Of a stretch of DNA of 64,000 nucleotides, positions 26,231 through 38,440 are shown one piece after another. Source of the DNA: Octopus vulgaris (taxonomy: Eukaryota); NCBI GenBank assembly GCA_951406725.2, contig OX597825.1, forward strand, positions 20,522,001 through 20,586,000, in the 5' to 3' direction. Made by a program: the position numbers and the translations under genes. Position 1 is the first letter of the stretch. Each line of letters opens with the position of its first letter. A model generated the notes under the pieces. The model saw only the letters and a list, made by a program, of their open reading frames with translations. It did no database searches and was not told the DNA's origin.

Positions 26231-26670
26231 AACAATAGCAACAATAACAACAATAATAATGGTTTTCTAAGCTGTTCCTAAAAATTCGATTAACCGGGAG
26301 CTCTGTTTCTCCATATTAGTATTGCTTTTTCTTTACTTTCCTCTTTCGATTCGGACGTAGCTGCTTGCAGCAAGAATTTTTCACAAATTGAATTCGATTT
26401 AACTGTGTCTCACACGATATCTGCATTTCTTCAAATTGCCAATGTGTGCTGTTGCCCTCGTTTAGCGACTGTTTATCTTTCACTTCTAATCAAATCCCTT
26501 GTTAAATGGTGAATTTCGCTGAAACTTTACATAGCTCAGGCAACGCTTCTCGTGTAGGTTGTCTCTCGTTAAAGACAGGAAGTGGACAGAGGAAACATTA
26601 TACGCTTCTATGTGTATGCATATACATATATATATAAATATAGATCTACATCTACATATATATCATATAC

Positions 26671-26729
<59 letters not shown>

Positions 26730-27009
26730 AGTATGTATGTACATCTCTGTATGTGTACATTATAAGTAAATGTATATAAACATACATATAATTACGACAC
26801 ATTTATATACACATTTGGGTAAGATTATATGTACTTATATGTATAAACATGTATAGAGGCCTCCACATGCATACACAGATGGAGACAGAGTGGAAGAGAC
26901 GGAAAGAGAGAATGAGAGAGAGAGAGATATCATCATAAATGACGTTGGATTCTGGTTTTTATGATTATATATATATATACGCACATTTATATAACATACA
27001 TGTACATAA

Positions 27010-27052
<43 letters not shown>

Positions 27053-27233
27053 TACATATATACATATCTATGCATGCATACACCTACGTACTTCTATATG
27101 CATAAATATATATGTATATATATAAGCATATGTATATATATATATATATATATATGTATATGTATGTATATACCTATACATATATTCATACACATATTTA
27201 CCTATATAGATATATGTGTGTGTATGTTGTAGG

Positions 27234-27277
<44 letters not shown>

Positions 27278-27589
27278 GAGGGATATTTATATATATAGAT
27301 AGCTATATATATATATATATGTATATATATGTGTGTGTGTATATATATAGGTATGTATATGTATATATATGTATATATAGATATGTGTGTGTGTGTGAGC
27401 GTGTATGTATGTGTATATATATACATGTATAAATAGTGATGTTGTATGTGTATCATGATATAAGAAGGGAAGATGTGTCAAGGATGAGGAGATGAGGAAG
27501 AGTGTGAGTAAAACCACTTTTCCTCAAATCTCGACGTAAAATCCGAATTAGTAGATGTGATATAAGACATGCTACTGACAGCTAATTAC

Positions 27590-27791
27590 CGTAAACCCAC
27601 GAAAAACAACGGAAATTCGCGGTGTTTATCGTATTTCGGCTGTCCGCTTTATATCCGTTCCGCAGAGAAGATATATAACAATCACAATCGGGAACTTGAT
27701 GTCTGCAAAATCTACATGATTTTCTGCATGATACAAAAATATAACATAAGAGATAGCAATTAATACAACATAGAAATAATATAGAAGGCAC
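27590..27791 (-). other. Candidate 202-bp spliced exon of a minus-strand host gene
   Basis: Non-repetitive island with acceptor TTTCTGTTTTCATTTTCCAG|G and donor ACG|GTAATT; one frame is open throughout. No homology recognised. Confidence 0.33.
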
Positions 27792-27922
27792 CTGGAAAAT
27801 GAAAACAGAAATTTGTGAGAAAAAAAATTGAATTGAATTGTAGTTCTTTGCTGGGAAGTATAAGCGGGATACATAAATACGTTACAAATATAATGTGTGT
27901 GTGTATGTATGTGTATGTATAT

Positions 27923-27982
<60 letters not shown>

Positions 27983-27984
<2 letters not shown>

Positions 27985-28315
27985 ACCCCTTCGGTCATGT
28001 GTGACCATGGGTTTGCACCTAGAGAGTTACCCTCTGAGGCACAAGTCTGGGCAAGGTTGTTTTTATGGAAGACCAGCTGTCGCCCATGCATACCGGCCTC
28101 CCCTCTCTACGCCATCAGTGTTATCCAAGGGAAAGACAAAGGTCGATACAGCTTGGCACCTGTGACGTCGCAACTCATTTCTACAGCTGAGTGAACTGGA
28201 GCAACGTGAAATAAAGTGCTTTGCTCAAGAACACAACACGCAGCCCGGTCCGGGATTCGAACTCACAACCTCACGATCGTAAGCTCGACGCTCTAACCAC
28301 TGAGCCATGCGCCTC

Positions 28316-28316
<1 letters not shown>
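27983..28316 (-). mobile_element. tRNA-derived CORE-type SINE (family D)
   Basis: GGAGGCGCATGGCTCAGTGGTTAGAGCG...GAGTTCGAATCCC...TTGAGCAAAGCACTTTATTTCAC; inserted in (TA)n. Confidence 0.88.
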
Positions 28317-28362
<46 letters not shown>

Positions 28363-28393
28363 AGGAAGAGAAAAAGCTAGATAGATAGATATG

Positions 28394-28452
<59 letters not shown>

Positions 28453-28506
28453 GCACATATATATATTGAGGAAGAGAAAAAGCTAGATAGATAGATAGAT
28501 ATGCAC

Positions 28507-28537
<31 letters not shown>

Positions 28538-28574
28538 CACACATACATAAATATATACATGCATACATACATAT

Positions 28575-28611
<37 letters not shown>

Positions 28612-28694
28612 TTTAAATATTTGTTGTGCAAGATTTTTTATAATATATTATGTAATGATAGGAATGGGATTTGCCCACTCTATAGGAACAAGTC

Positions 28695-29306
28695 ATGGAA
28701 CACTATAGAAAGGACAAAAAGAAAATAGGGAAGGCCAACTCTTGGTATGATAGCCATAAATACCAGAGTGTCATGTTCGTTGACACCACCCCTGGAGGTG
28801 AATTAGCGTACCGCTTTAGAAGGACCCTAGATAAACTTAAACTAAGAATTAAGGTTGTTGAAAAGCCAGGCAACCCTATCAGATCTATAATTGGTAGAAG
28901 CTATCCTTTTAGTAGAACTCTCTGTACGGATAACTATTGCACTGTATGTAGATTTAGCCCACAAACGAACTGTAAAGCCAGAAATGTGGTCTATAGTATA
29001 AGATGTATAGAGGGACAATACAGTAACAAGACAGTAACATACGTAGGGGAAACTGCAAGAAGCATTGGTGAGCGGGTGAATGAACATTGGAGACAACTCA
29101 AGGAAGGTAAAAGCTCATCGATTCTGTACCAACACGCCGAACAAGAACACGGGGGATCAATCAATAACATAGAGATTAAGATATTGTCCACACATAGAAC
29201 AGATGCAACAATTAGACAAATTACAGAAGCTACACATATAATAGAAAATAAACCTAGCCTGAATAGAAAACTAGAATGGAGCAATAGCGCACACCACAAC
29301 ATATGA
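28695..29306 (+). pseudogene. GIY-YIG endonuclease domain of a Penelope-like element; RT missing
   Basis: NVVYSIRC...YVGETARSIGERVNEH (GIY-YIG), Cys linker CTDNYCTVC...C, and RQITEA...PSLNRKLEW. Upstream GICPLYRNKSW lies in another frame, implying a frameshift near 28720. Confidence 0.9.
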
Positions 29307-29825
29307 CAATAGTGGATCCTGCAAACATAATAAATACACAGGTAATTAAAGAAATAGAAATGAATATCTATATATATTTATATGTGTATATATATTTATA
29401 TGTATATGTTTATATATGTGTGTATATATTTATATATATATATATATGTATATGTATGTGTATGTATATATATATGTGTATATGTATATTCTTTTTTTTT
29501 TTTTTTTTTTTCGATTAGATTTATTATTATTATTACTAATATTGTTGTTATACATACATACAAGCATATGTAATGATGATAATGGGTGGATGTAAACACA
29601 TGAACAAAATTAGAACAAAAGCAACAACAACAAAAACAAAATACAAATTACAAGAATGTATATAACCAGAAGATACAAATATTACAGGCATCCCCCCCAC
29701 ACACACACTAAATAAACATAGACGCACATAGAGATATAAGCATGCGCAAATGAAGACATACAATAGAAATACAAAATGGCTGACGGTTAGTAAGGAGAGA
29801 CACAAGTAAGTGAGAAGAAAACAAA

Positions 29826-29870
29826 GGACCACTGATGCGGTCACAGGAGTGTGACGAAAGAACTTTGGCC
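29826..29870 (+). ncRNA. Degenerate minimal type I hammerhead ribozyme in the Penelope terminal repeat
   Basis: GGACCA CTGATGC G GTCACA GGAG TGTGAC GAAA GAACTT TGGCC: perfect 6-bp stem II; A9 is mutated to C. Confidence 0.6.
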
Positions 29871-30018
29871 GAAATAAGATTAAGATTAATGTAAAAAATA
29901 AATATCACTGAAGCAAAATAACACCAAATATATAGTGCGTGTGTTTTTATTGGCTAAACTGGCAATATGACCATTCCGAAATATAACAATATATATATAT
30001 ATATATAAATATATATAC

Positions 30019-30136
<118 letters not shown>

Positions 30137-30862
30137 GTTTTGCGGAACAGAAGCAGTATTAGATAAAAATTGCAATCGATATATCATAGTCAATGTAGGT
30201 GCATTTCAGTAAAGGTAACTTAACTGCTCTACTCGTCCGGAGATAAAATCTGTTATGGACGTACTCTGTTAAATAGCACAAAAATATACCAGTAAAATCA
30301 TGTGCCTTCAGTTTTCCTATTTCGGTGACGACGGATTGTGTTTTGGCACGATGTTGTCAGTGAGTGCATGCAGATGACAAACCCAAGAAAGCAGAAGTGT
30401 GCATCTAGCATTTCCTCCACAGCTGCTGGATGATTTTTGCCTGGCTGTACATCTGGATTGTGCGGAGTTAACTAATAAGAGAGGGGATATAAAAGCTTCA
30501 CAAACCTGTTTAAATGCTTCCCGTTGGCTGAGAGATATCGACTGAATTTCCCGAAATGCGCCAATTAGGACATGGACAAAGAGCTTCGATCATCAAGATC
30601 CCATCTAGATAGAGTATTCTGTAGGCCTGGAGATAGGGGCAATATAGGATGCCCACAATTCAAAATGTTGTATCAAGAGTATCCCGAGGTGAGACGCCTG
30701 ACTCACTGGGTGCCGTGAAGCGTTCACTACCTTCTGCCAGTTGAACAATGTGGTTGGTAGATGTTCCATTATGGCATTGCTTTCTATGGAGGGTTAATGG
30801 CGAGTAAGAGCTACAACTTCGGCGGTGAAACCCTGAACATCATTCAAAATCAGCTGACTGGC

Positions 30863-31148
30863 CACGCCTGGCTCATAAGGGCCCGGCTTCCCGGTTCCCT
30901 TGGCGTATAGGTTCCCCCACCTGGACGGAACGCCGGTCCGTCGCAGGTGAGATGCAAGATGCAGGAAGAAAGGGTGGGAGAAAGTTGTGGCGAAAGAGTC
31001 AGCAGAAGTTCGCCATTACCTTCTGCCGGAGCCGCATGGAGCTTAGGTGTTTTGCTCATAAACACACACATCGCCCGGTCTGAGATTCGAACCCGCAATC
31101 CCTCGACCGCGTGTCCACTGCTCTAACCACTAGGCCATGTGCCGCCAC
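30863..31148 (-). mobile_element. Family B type-2 SINE
   Basis: Reverse-complement match to the 21383 copy. Confidence 0.92.
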
Positions 31149-31911
31149 ACTTTCGAGAAGGGACCCATGAATAATTTCCACAAATCTCTAGCTTGACAAT
31201 GCTACCGAGAGGACATTGCCGCTTCAGGATAAACTCGACAGGGATGACCTTCCGTCGGACGCGCCTCCCCATGATGCACGTACGACGGGACCTTCCTGCA
31301 GGTTCTCGTACAATGTTTGATCATTGTTGACTTGTGAAGCGATGTCAAACAGATTCTCTCACATGTAGGACGGGTCCTTCTATCGGTTGACTAAATCTTG
31401 AAGATCGCTCCACTGTGTTTCTTTTGCTCAAGAAAGACAGTCTGGTGATAATGGCCACAGCGGTTGTATGCTGGCTGATACTGTGAGGACTGAAGACAGA
31501 CACCTTCCTTTTGGGTCGAGGCCTCATCAACTGTTTAAAATTTCATTTATAAACGAAAGTAGGTGTTGAGAGCGATGTAGTGCTCGTGCCTCAGTAAATC
31601 TTGTAGAAAGGTGGGTGAATGTAGCGAGGATTGTCCGTGTAAGTAATCCTACTCCAAGCTGGCGCGTGTAGGCTGAGGAGTAAGGAAGCGAGAGAAGCAT
31701 ATGCCACGGTACTCCTGATTAACAAAGTACCTTGGAATCTGTGGTATCACTAGGTAACCCCTGGACGGCGATTTACCCCTTATTACGCAATTTGCTAAAA
31801 TTATTTTGTTAATTGCTATTATTTTTCTGTTCACGGGTTTTCCTAATTAATCCCCCCTACCCTTTATCTGTATATTGTCCTAAACGTTTTTCGCAGCCCT
31901 TGTGGTCAACA

Positions 31912-31912
<1 letters not shown>

Positions 31913-31986
<74 letters not shown>

Positions 31987-32104
31987 TGGTTGTGGTGGCG
32001 GTGGTGGTGGTGGTGGTGGTGGTGGTTGTGGTGGTGGTGGTGGTTGTGGTGGTGGTGGTGGTGGTGATTTTGGTGGAGGTGGTGGTTTTGGTGGTGGAGG
32101 TGGA

Positions 32105-32157
<53 letters not shown>

Positions 32158-32240
32158 CAGCAGCAGCATTATTATTAGTAGTAGTAGTAGTAATAGTAGT
32201 AGTTGTGTTACTTCTACAGCTACTACTACTACTACTGTCT
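31913..32240. repeat. (GTA)n/(GGT)n microsatellite
   Basis: Directly visible. Confidence 0.95.
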
Positions 32241-32269
32241 ACGTTGCCACTACTATTACGGCCAATAAT

Positions 32270-32700
32270 GGAACTATAAGTATCTGAAGATGCGATAGTG
32301 ATTATAGCCATGTGGCTGGCGTTATCTTGAATAGAATTGCCATTAAGTCCTTGTTTGGAAATAAACCAGTTAATGATGGAATTATGAAGATCAGTCTTCG
32401 AGGAAAACCATTTAACGACCTCAGCCAAACAGTTTTATGCTCCGTCTACAGCCACAAATGAGGAAGAATTTGATCGATTCTATGATGCCAAGAAGAAACT
32501 GATCAATCGCCTCCTAAAGATATCCTCATTTTGATTGGAGATTCAAAAGCTAAGGTGGTAAAACTAACAACAAAACCGGAGAAATCAATAGTTGTAGGTA
32601 ATTTCGATTTAGGTATTAGGCATGATTAAGGTGGCCGTTTAGTTGAATTATGTAATTAAAATAGATTCTGCATTTCTATTGCATCGTTTAACTGACATCG
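32270..32700 (+). pseudogene. RTE (BovB-like) LINE apurinic-type endonuclease fragment
   Basis: GVILNRIAIKSLFGNKPVNDGIMKISLRGKPFN..FYAPSTATNEEEFDRFYD..PPKDILILIGDSKAKV..VVGNFDLGIR..GRLVELCN matches RTE endonuclease motifs; frameshifted. Confidence 0.85.
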
Positions 32701-32959
32701 TTATTGCCGATCGCAAGGAGTATTTAGAATCTTGCACATAGTAACATGTATCTTCACATTTCGTTTCATGGACAGTTCGGTGGCGACTAAAGCGAGAACC
32801 CTGTTGAGTTCGCTCCTCGGAAGGACTTGAGGTAGCTCAACAAACTAAACCTTACAGCTGGCAAAGAGCTGAAACGTAGCTATCATCGCCCCTCGTGGGA
32901 CGGTGTCGAAGAAATATCAGATTGGGAAACTGGCGCAGGACAATGATCTTTTAATGATT

Positions 32960-33965
32960 GTAAGCCGTTTGAATTAATTAATTATAAACACGTAACTGAG
33001 TGAAGCGAATCTTCTTAGTGACAAGTAATATGGCTTTTGCTCTTCCAGATCTGTAGCTCACTCATCATTCATAAGGTAAGTTCTCATCGTTCACAGGGTA
33101 AGCTTTGCAATGGATAATAGTTTTTTTTTCCTTTATATGTATTTGCATTGGGACCCCTTTCATCGAAAACCGGTGATTGTCGTGCGCTGATGACGGGTCA
33201 ATACCCAGAAACTCGAGTCCGTGCGTATCACGTAGGTTGACGATGGGAAGGATGGCTTCCCTTTGCAAATACCGATAGGACACAGAAAGTGTGTCAATAT
33301 CCAGCTGGAGAAGATGTTCTCCTGGGGCTACAAGCTACAGTAACATCCACCCTTAGTGGTTAGCCATATTTAGATGGCAAATATACTTCACATTTTTTTC
33401 CTTTGTTATTGTTTTGTATATTATCGAAGCATTTGACGCGGTATGGTATAGAGGGTTCCTCCATAATCTGACCTCTTATGGTATATATATATTGTAGAGT
33501 CTTTTCTACCATCAAATCATTTCTTATGGCAAAGAAGAATGAAAAATATCCCAAACGCTCAGCTTTCTGACATTTGTGAAATTAATAGTGTCATGCTCCG
33601 GTGATCTAACCAATGACCGACGCCTTTTTCTTTCGTATATAAAAAAAAACTTTACCTGAGAAAGTAATAAGATAATTTATCATATTTCCTGATGATGTTG
33701 CGTTTTACAGTCGCAAGAAATTCATTTAGTTCTAAGTGCACATATTTTCAGTTAACGCTTCCTGGATCAATTTAGTTTCTTCTCTCACCTCACCACAAGC
33801 ATGAATTTTCTGACCTCCTTCCTATTTCGCTGATTATGCTTGCTTTGAAAGGAAAAAACCTGAGGTTTTAAGTTCACGCCTATATTTGAGACAGGACACC
33901 TTAATTGCTTACGTTCACAAAGCAGCGTCTAGAACGATGCACTCGTTTTATCATTCGAAACGTTC
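32960..33965 (+). pseudogene. CR1/Jockey-group LINE reverse transcriptase fragments, split by the hammerhead element
   Basis: NLLSDK*YGFCSSRS (~33010-33055), EAFDAVWYRGFLHNLTSYG (~33425-33483) and IFPDD (~33682-33696). Confidence 0.65.
33140..33385 (+). ncRNA. Type I hammerhead ribozyme element, copy 1 (intact core, GUC site)
   Basis: CGTGCG CTGATGA CGGGT CAAT ACCCA GAAAC TCGA GTC|CGTGCG (33181-33225; predicted cut after 33219). Stem I extends to TATTTGCA/TGCAAATA (33140-33271); four hairpins follow. Confidence 0.88.
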
Positions 33966-33989
33966 GTAACACTTGATGCTCTTTTATAC

Positions 33990-34159
33990 GCTTTTACTTG
34001 TTTCAGTCATGTGACTGTGGCCATGCTGGAGCACCGCACTGAGTTGAGCAAATCGACCCCAGGACTTATTCTTTGCAGTCCTAGTACTTATTTTATCAGT
34101 CTCTTTTGCCTAACCGCTAAGTTACGGGGACATAAACACTAACACACAAACATATACAC

Positions 34160-34256
<97 letters not shown>

Positions 34257-34410
34257 TTCTTTCAGCTTCCGTCTACTAAATCCCTCACAAGGCTTTGGTC
34301 GGCCCGAGACTATAGTAGAAGACACTTGCCCAAGGTCCCACGCAGTGGAACTGAACCCGGAACCATGTGGTTCGTAAACAAGCTACTTACCACACAGCCA
34401 CTCCTACGCC
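33990..34410 (-). mobile_element. Family C SINE, full length with internal (TA)n
   Basis: Head GGCGTAGGAGTGGCTGTGTGGTAAGTAGC...GGTTCAGTTCC; 3' module ends GAAACAAGTAAAAG. Confidence 0.9.
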
Positions 34411-34774
34411 TATGCTCTATTGTATCTCTGAAAGTGTCAGACTCACTAAAAATTAGACTACGGTTCAAAAATCTCTTCAGGCTTCTCGAAATATTTACTC
34501 TCCACACATGATAAAATGGAATCAGTGACGTAGTCTACTTGGTAATGAGCTGTTTTTGTCACTTCGATATCTCCATCATGATTGAAATGCTGCAAATCTG
34601 GTCCTTTAGAAGACGCTCAGCTATACGAGATTCATTTCCTGATAACATCAGTTCAGGAATTTATCTTCAGAATTATGTGCGCTAAATTTCGGGAATTGCA
34701 TGTGGACTTGCTAAATATCTCACGGATATGTTCCAAGATCCTGCACACATTTTTTGTGCTTTCCTTCGTATGTG

Positions 34775-34812
<38 letters not shown>

Positions 34813-35289
34813 TGTTCCTTGAGATGGGGTCTTTTTTGGGGTGGGGTGGGGTGGGTGGTTTCAGAGCAGCTGAATTGATGAATAACTTATAGCCCCTTCG
34901 TTTTTCTGCAGAATTGATTTGTACTTTTTCAAATTTAAGACTTAACTAATACCTTCCCTGATATTGGTTTCATTTCAATATTTTCATCGACTCTATTACC
35001 GCCTCATTTTATTTAATTTTACCAGCTCCTTTGTTGTCACCTCAGTTCTTTTATCGCTTTTGTCATTACCATGTCATTATTTGTATTTCAATTAAATACT
35101 TTATCCATTATTTTCTTACCATCCAGAACTTGTTATCTTTAAATATGCATGTACATATGCGTATATGTATATAATCCTAAATACACAATCCCTAAGTTAT
35201 CTCTGACATTCGTTTGGTGGGATTTTGAGTAGAAATTATGGAAAATATTTTCTCTTGGGTTTTTTCCTCATCCGATTCATAAACGAATA

Positions 35290-37400
35290 GATGACTTAAG
35301 ATCCAACAGCATTGGAAATGTAGTAAATAAGTTAGAACATATCCAATGCTAACCATACCAGTCGCCATCAACTTATTGTTTCAGATGTTAAAATTTGTCT
35401 TAGTAGCAATAAAAAAAAATAAGAACACCAAGAAGATTTTTATAAATATTTCAAAAGAATATAATGTTGAAATTAAAAGAAAAATAAGACTTGAACAAAT
35501 TTTAGCAATGTAAAGAAGAAAACCACCCGCAAGAAATGTGGAATAAAGCTAAAAATGTGATTTTGGAAGTAGCAGAAAAAATATTTCCATAGAAAACGAA
35601 AAAAAAAACATGAAGTGGATATAACAGACGAGACATGAGATAAAGTTAAAGAAAGGAGATCAGTAAAAAAAACACTGTTATGACATCATCTGAATCTAAA
35701 GAACGATATCAACAGCTGAGCCATGAAATTCAAACCACGATGAAAAAAAGACGATCAGGAAAATATCAACAAATTTTGTGATGAGATTGAAACAAATTCA
35801 ATAACAAATATTACTAAAGATCTTTACAAAGCATTGAAGCTAATAACCAGAACATTTTTACCAAGAAATTGTGATATCAAAGAAAAAGATTGTAATGTGC
35901 TTTATGAAGGGAGCGGCATAAAGAAAATTTGGAAAGAATACCAGCACAACTTATACAAGAAGACACCAGATGTGAATCAAACTGAAAATAGTGAAAATGA
36001 TCAAAGTCAAAATCGAGTTACAGAAACGGAATCTCCGTCGTTAATGTCTAAAGTAAAAAGAATACAAAAAAGTCCGAAAAACTACAAAATCCTGGAACAA
36101 ATGACATAGCAGCAAAACTTTGGGGAAAATGGTAAAGAAACCTCGGTGAAATTATTATAATACAAGTGCACTAAAATGTGGAATTCAAATTTTTAATTTA
36201 TTCGAAAAAAAAAACAAGGTGGGATATAATTCGAGGTAAGAAAACAATAGTGCAATTGCCCTAATAAATCATGGTGAGAAAAAATTTTTTATATAAAATC
36301 ATTATGCTAGAATTGAAATGAAATATAAATCAGAAATAGCTGAGATATAGTTGGTTTTGGAACTAGGAAAAGAACGAGATTTTCTAAATTTAACGCAAAG
36401 ATAGTTTTTCTGAGAACTACAGAGCATAATGAAGAATTATTTATTGCTTTTATTGACTATCAAAAAGCTTTTGACACAGTTATTCATGACAAATTATGTC
36501 CAGTGACAGTAGAAACGAGGTTTCCGCAACATTTTATAGAATTATTAAAATTACTTTATTCTCAGTTAACAGCAACTGTCGAAGTAACGCGGGTTTCAAG
36601 AGTGTGGTTAGAGATTGAGCGAAGTATAGACAGCAAGGATGCATTCTTTCTCCTTCTCTGTTTAACTTCTCAGCAGAAAGTGTAAAGAGGACAGCTTTAT
36701 ATGTTTTCTAAGATATACTTCAAATCGGTGGAAGAATTGTCAACAATCTCAGATATACCAATGATACTGTCTTTATTTTCGGCAACCTAGAAGACTTGAA
36801 GATTTTGACAAAATTAAACGGGCGATTATCGCAGAAGCATATAATCGAAATAAACCCATAATAATTAATAATAAAACTGTCAAAGTGGAGTATGAAATTA
36901 AATTGCAGTACACTTTTGCTATTCCCAGTAGCAAATGTATGCAACTGAAGTGGATGCACATGGCCTAGTGGTTAGAGCAGCGAACTCGCGGTCGAGGGAT
37001 CGCAGGTTTGAATTTCAGACCGGGCGGTGTGTGTGTGTTTATGAGCGAAAACACCTAAGCCCCACGCGGCTCCGGCAGAAGGTAATGGCGAACTTCTGCT
37101 GACTCTATTGCCACAACTTTGTCTCACTCTTTCCTCCTGCATCTTGCAGCTCACCTGCGACGGACAGGCGTCCCATCCATGTGGAGAACCTATACGCCAA
37201 GGAAACCGGGAAACCGGCCCTTATGAGCCAGGCGTGGCTCGAGAAGGAACAAAAAAAATGTATGGAACTGAATACTGGACTCTTAAAAATAGTTGATAGA
37301 AAAAGATAGGTTGCTTCCAAGTTTGTCGTTTGTCATGAAGGAACAGCTGGATAGAAAAGGAAAACTTTGTATGTGTTGGATCAAATTGGAATCGATTAGA
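35290..37400 (+). pseudogene. RTE (BovB-like) LINE: end of endonuclease, linker and reverse transcriptase, heavily decayed
   Basis: TKDLYKALKLITRTF..IKKIWKEYQHNLY, LFIAFIDYQKAFDTVIHDKL, FPQHFIELLKLLY, QGCILSPSLFN and IGGRIVNNLRYTNDT; interrupted by a SINE at 36950-37255. Confidence 0.9.
36950..37255 (+). mobile_element. Family B type-2 SINE nested in the RTE LINE
   Basis: GTGGATGCACATGGCCTAGTGGTTAGAGC ... GGCTCGAGAAGGAAC. Confidence 0.92.
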
Positions 37401-37631
37401 GCCTTTTAAAAGAACAGGATAAGCTTCTGGTTGGTTCAGGCCGAAACAAATACTGTTATCAATAGTTCCACACACCTGGAATAGTTCTCCCCATTCATTT
37501 GACCTGAAGTACCATTGGCCTCGAGAGATAGCGATGCTGCTTAATGTATGGATACTGTGTTATTTACTGCGTGGATGTGCATTGAAAAAACGCGATAAGG
37601 CAGGCAATATGATAGGTCAGATAGAGTTGAT

Positions 37632-37864
37632 AAGGCGGCGAGCTGGCAGAAACGTTAGGACGCCGGGCGAAATGCGTAGCCGTATTTCGTCTGCCGTTAC
37701 GTTCTGAGTTCAAATTCCGCCGAGGTTGACTTTGCCTTTCATCCTTTCGGGGTCGATAAATTAAGTATCAGTTACGCATTGGGGTCGATGTATTCAACTT
37801 AATCCCTTTGTCTGTCCTTCTTTGTCCCCTCTACGTTTAGCCCCTTGTGGGCAATAAAGAAATA
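37632..37864 (+). mobile_element. Family A SINE monomer, young tail
   Basis: Full head and tail; imperfect TSD ending ATAGAGTTGA on both sides. Confidence 0.92.
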
Positions 37865-37899
37865 AGGTTCAATAGAGTTGAGCTTGACGGTGATGAAGA

Positions 37900-38440
37900 T
37901 ATTTCGAGTATCCCAATGTCGGTCTAGGATGCGTGCAAAGGATAAAATTAACTGATGATGAGAGTTAAAGATTGCGAAAGATTTTAGTTTCCGTTCCGAT
38001 GGCATCAGTTTCGGAAGAATACGAGGGCCAAGAATAGTTGTATCTGAATGGAGATATATATCTTCAATGAAGAAAGAGATGTGATCAAAGAATTGTTAGT
38101 GATCGGAGAGGTGTGAAGAGCAGAGAATAAACAAATGCGTTTGGAGAAGTGGGCAGAAAGTGTTTGAGGAGAATTAACTGAAGATTTGTTTCTAAAATCT
38201 CAGATGAAAGATAAGCCAAACTTATTTCTCACCTAGAGAGTGGAGCCGAGATATGGGCAGATATAACTTTTCAAATTGAAGTTTGAGTATACAGTGCAGC
38301 CTGGAAAGTGGAAATCAATTATACATGAGGACTGAGGAAATGGTACCTTTCCTCTAAACATCAATGATCCATTTGCAATCACCTGCTACATCACCAACCT
38401 ACACAAACAACCTAGGCATCTTACACCAAACATCTAGACT
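37900..38440 (-). pseudogene. Possible LINE endonuclease fragment
   Basis: Minus frame QFFDHISFFIEDIYLHSDTTILG resembles the segment preceding GDFN in AP-type endonucleases; weak. Confidence 0.3.

Larger units (their letters stand above)
28650..29975 (+). mobile_element. 5'-truncated Penelope-like retroelement (C-terminal GIY-YIG endonuclease plus 3' terminal repeat)
   Basis: Endonuclease ORF followed by an AT-rich 3' region holding a degenerate hammerhead at 29826-29870; (TA)n at both ends. Confidence 0.8.

Noticed and set aside
28360-28510. Short tandem duplication ATTGAGGAAGAGAAAAAGCTAGATAG between (TA)n tracts (similar cases near 57515-57900)
   Set aside because: Explained by microsatellite-mediated slippage; no sign of function.
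30300-31560. Possible ancient minus-strand LINE endonuclease around the 30863 SINE
   Set aside because: Only faint motif echoes (ASRHP, DH); too degraded to call by eye.
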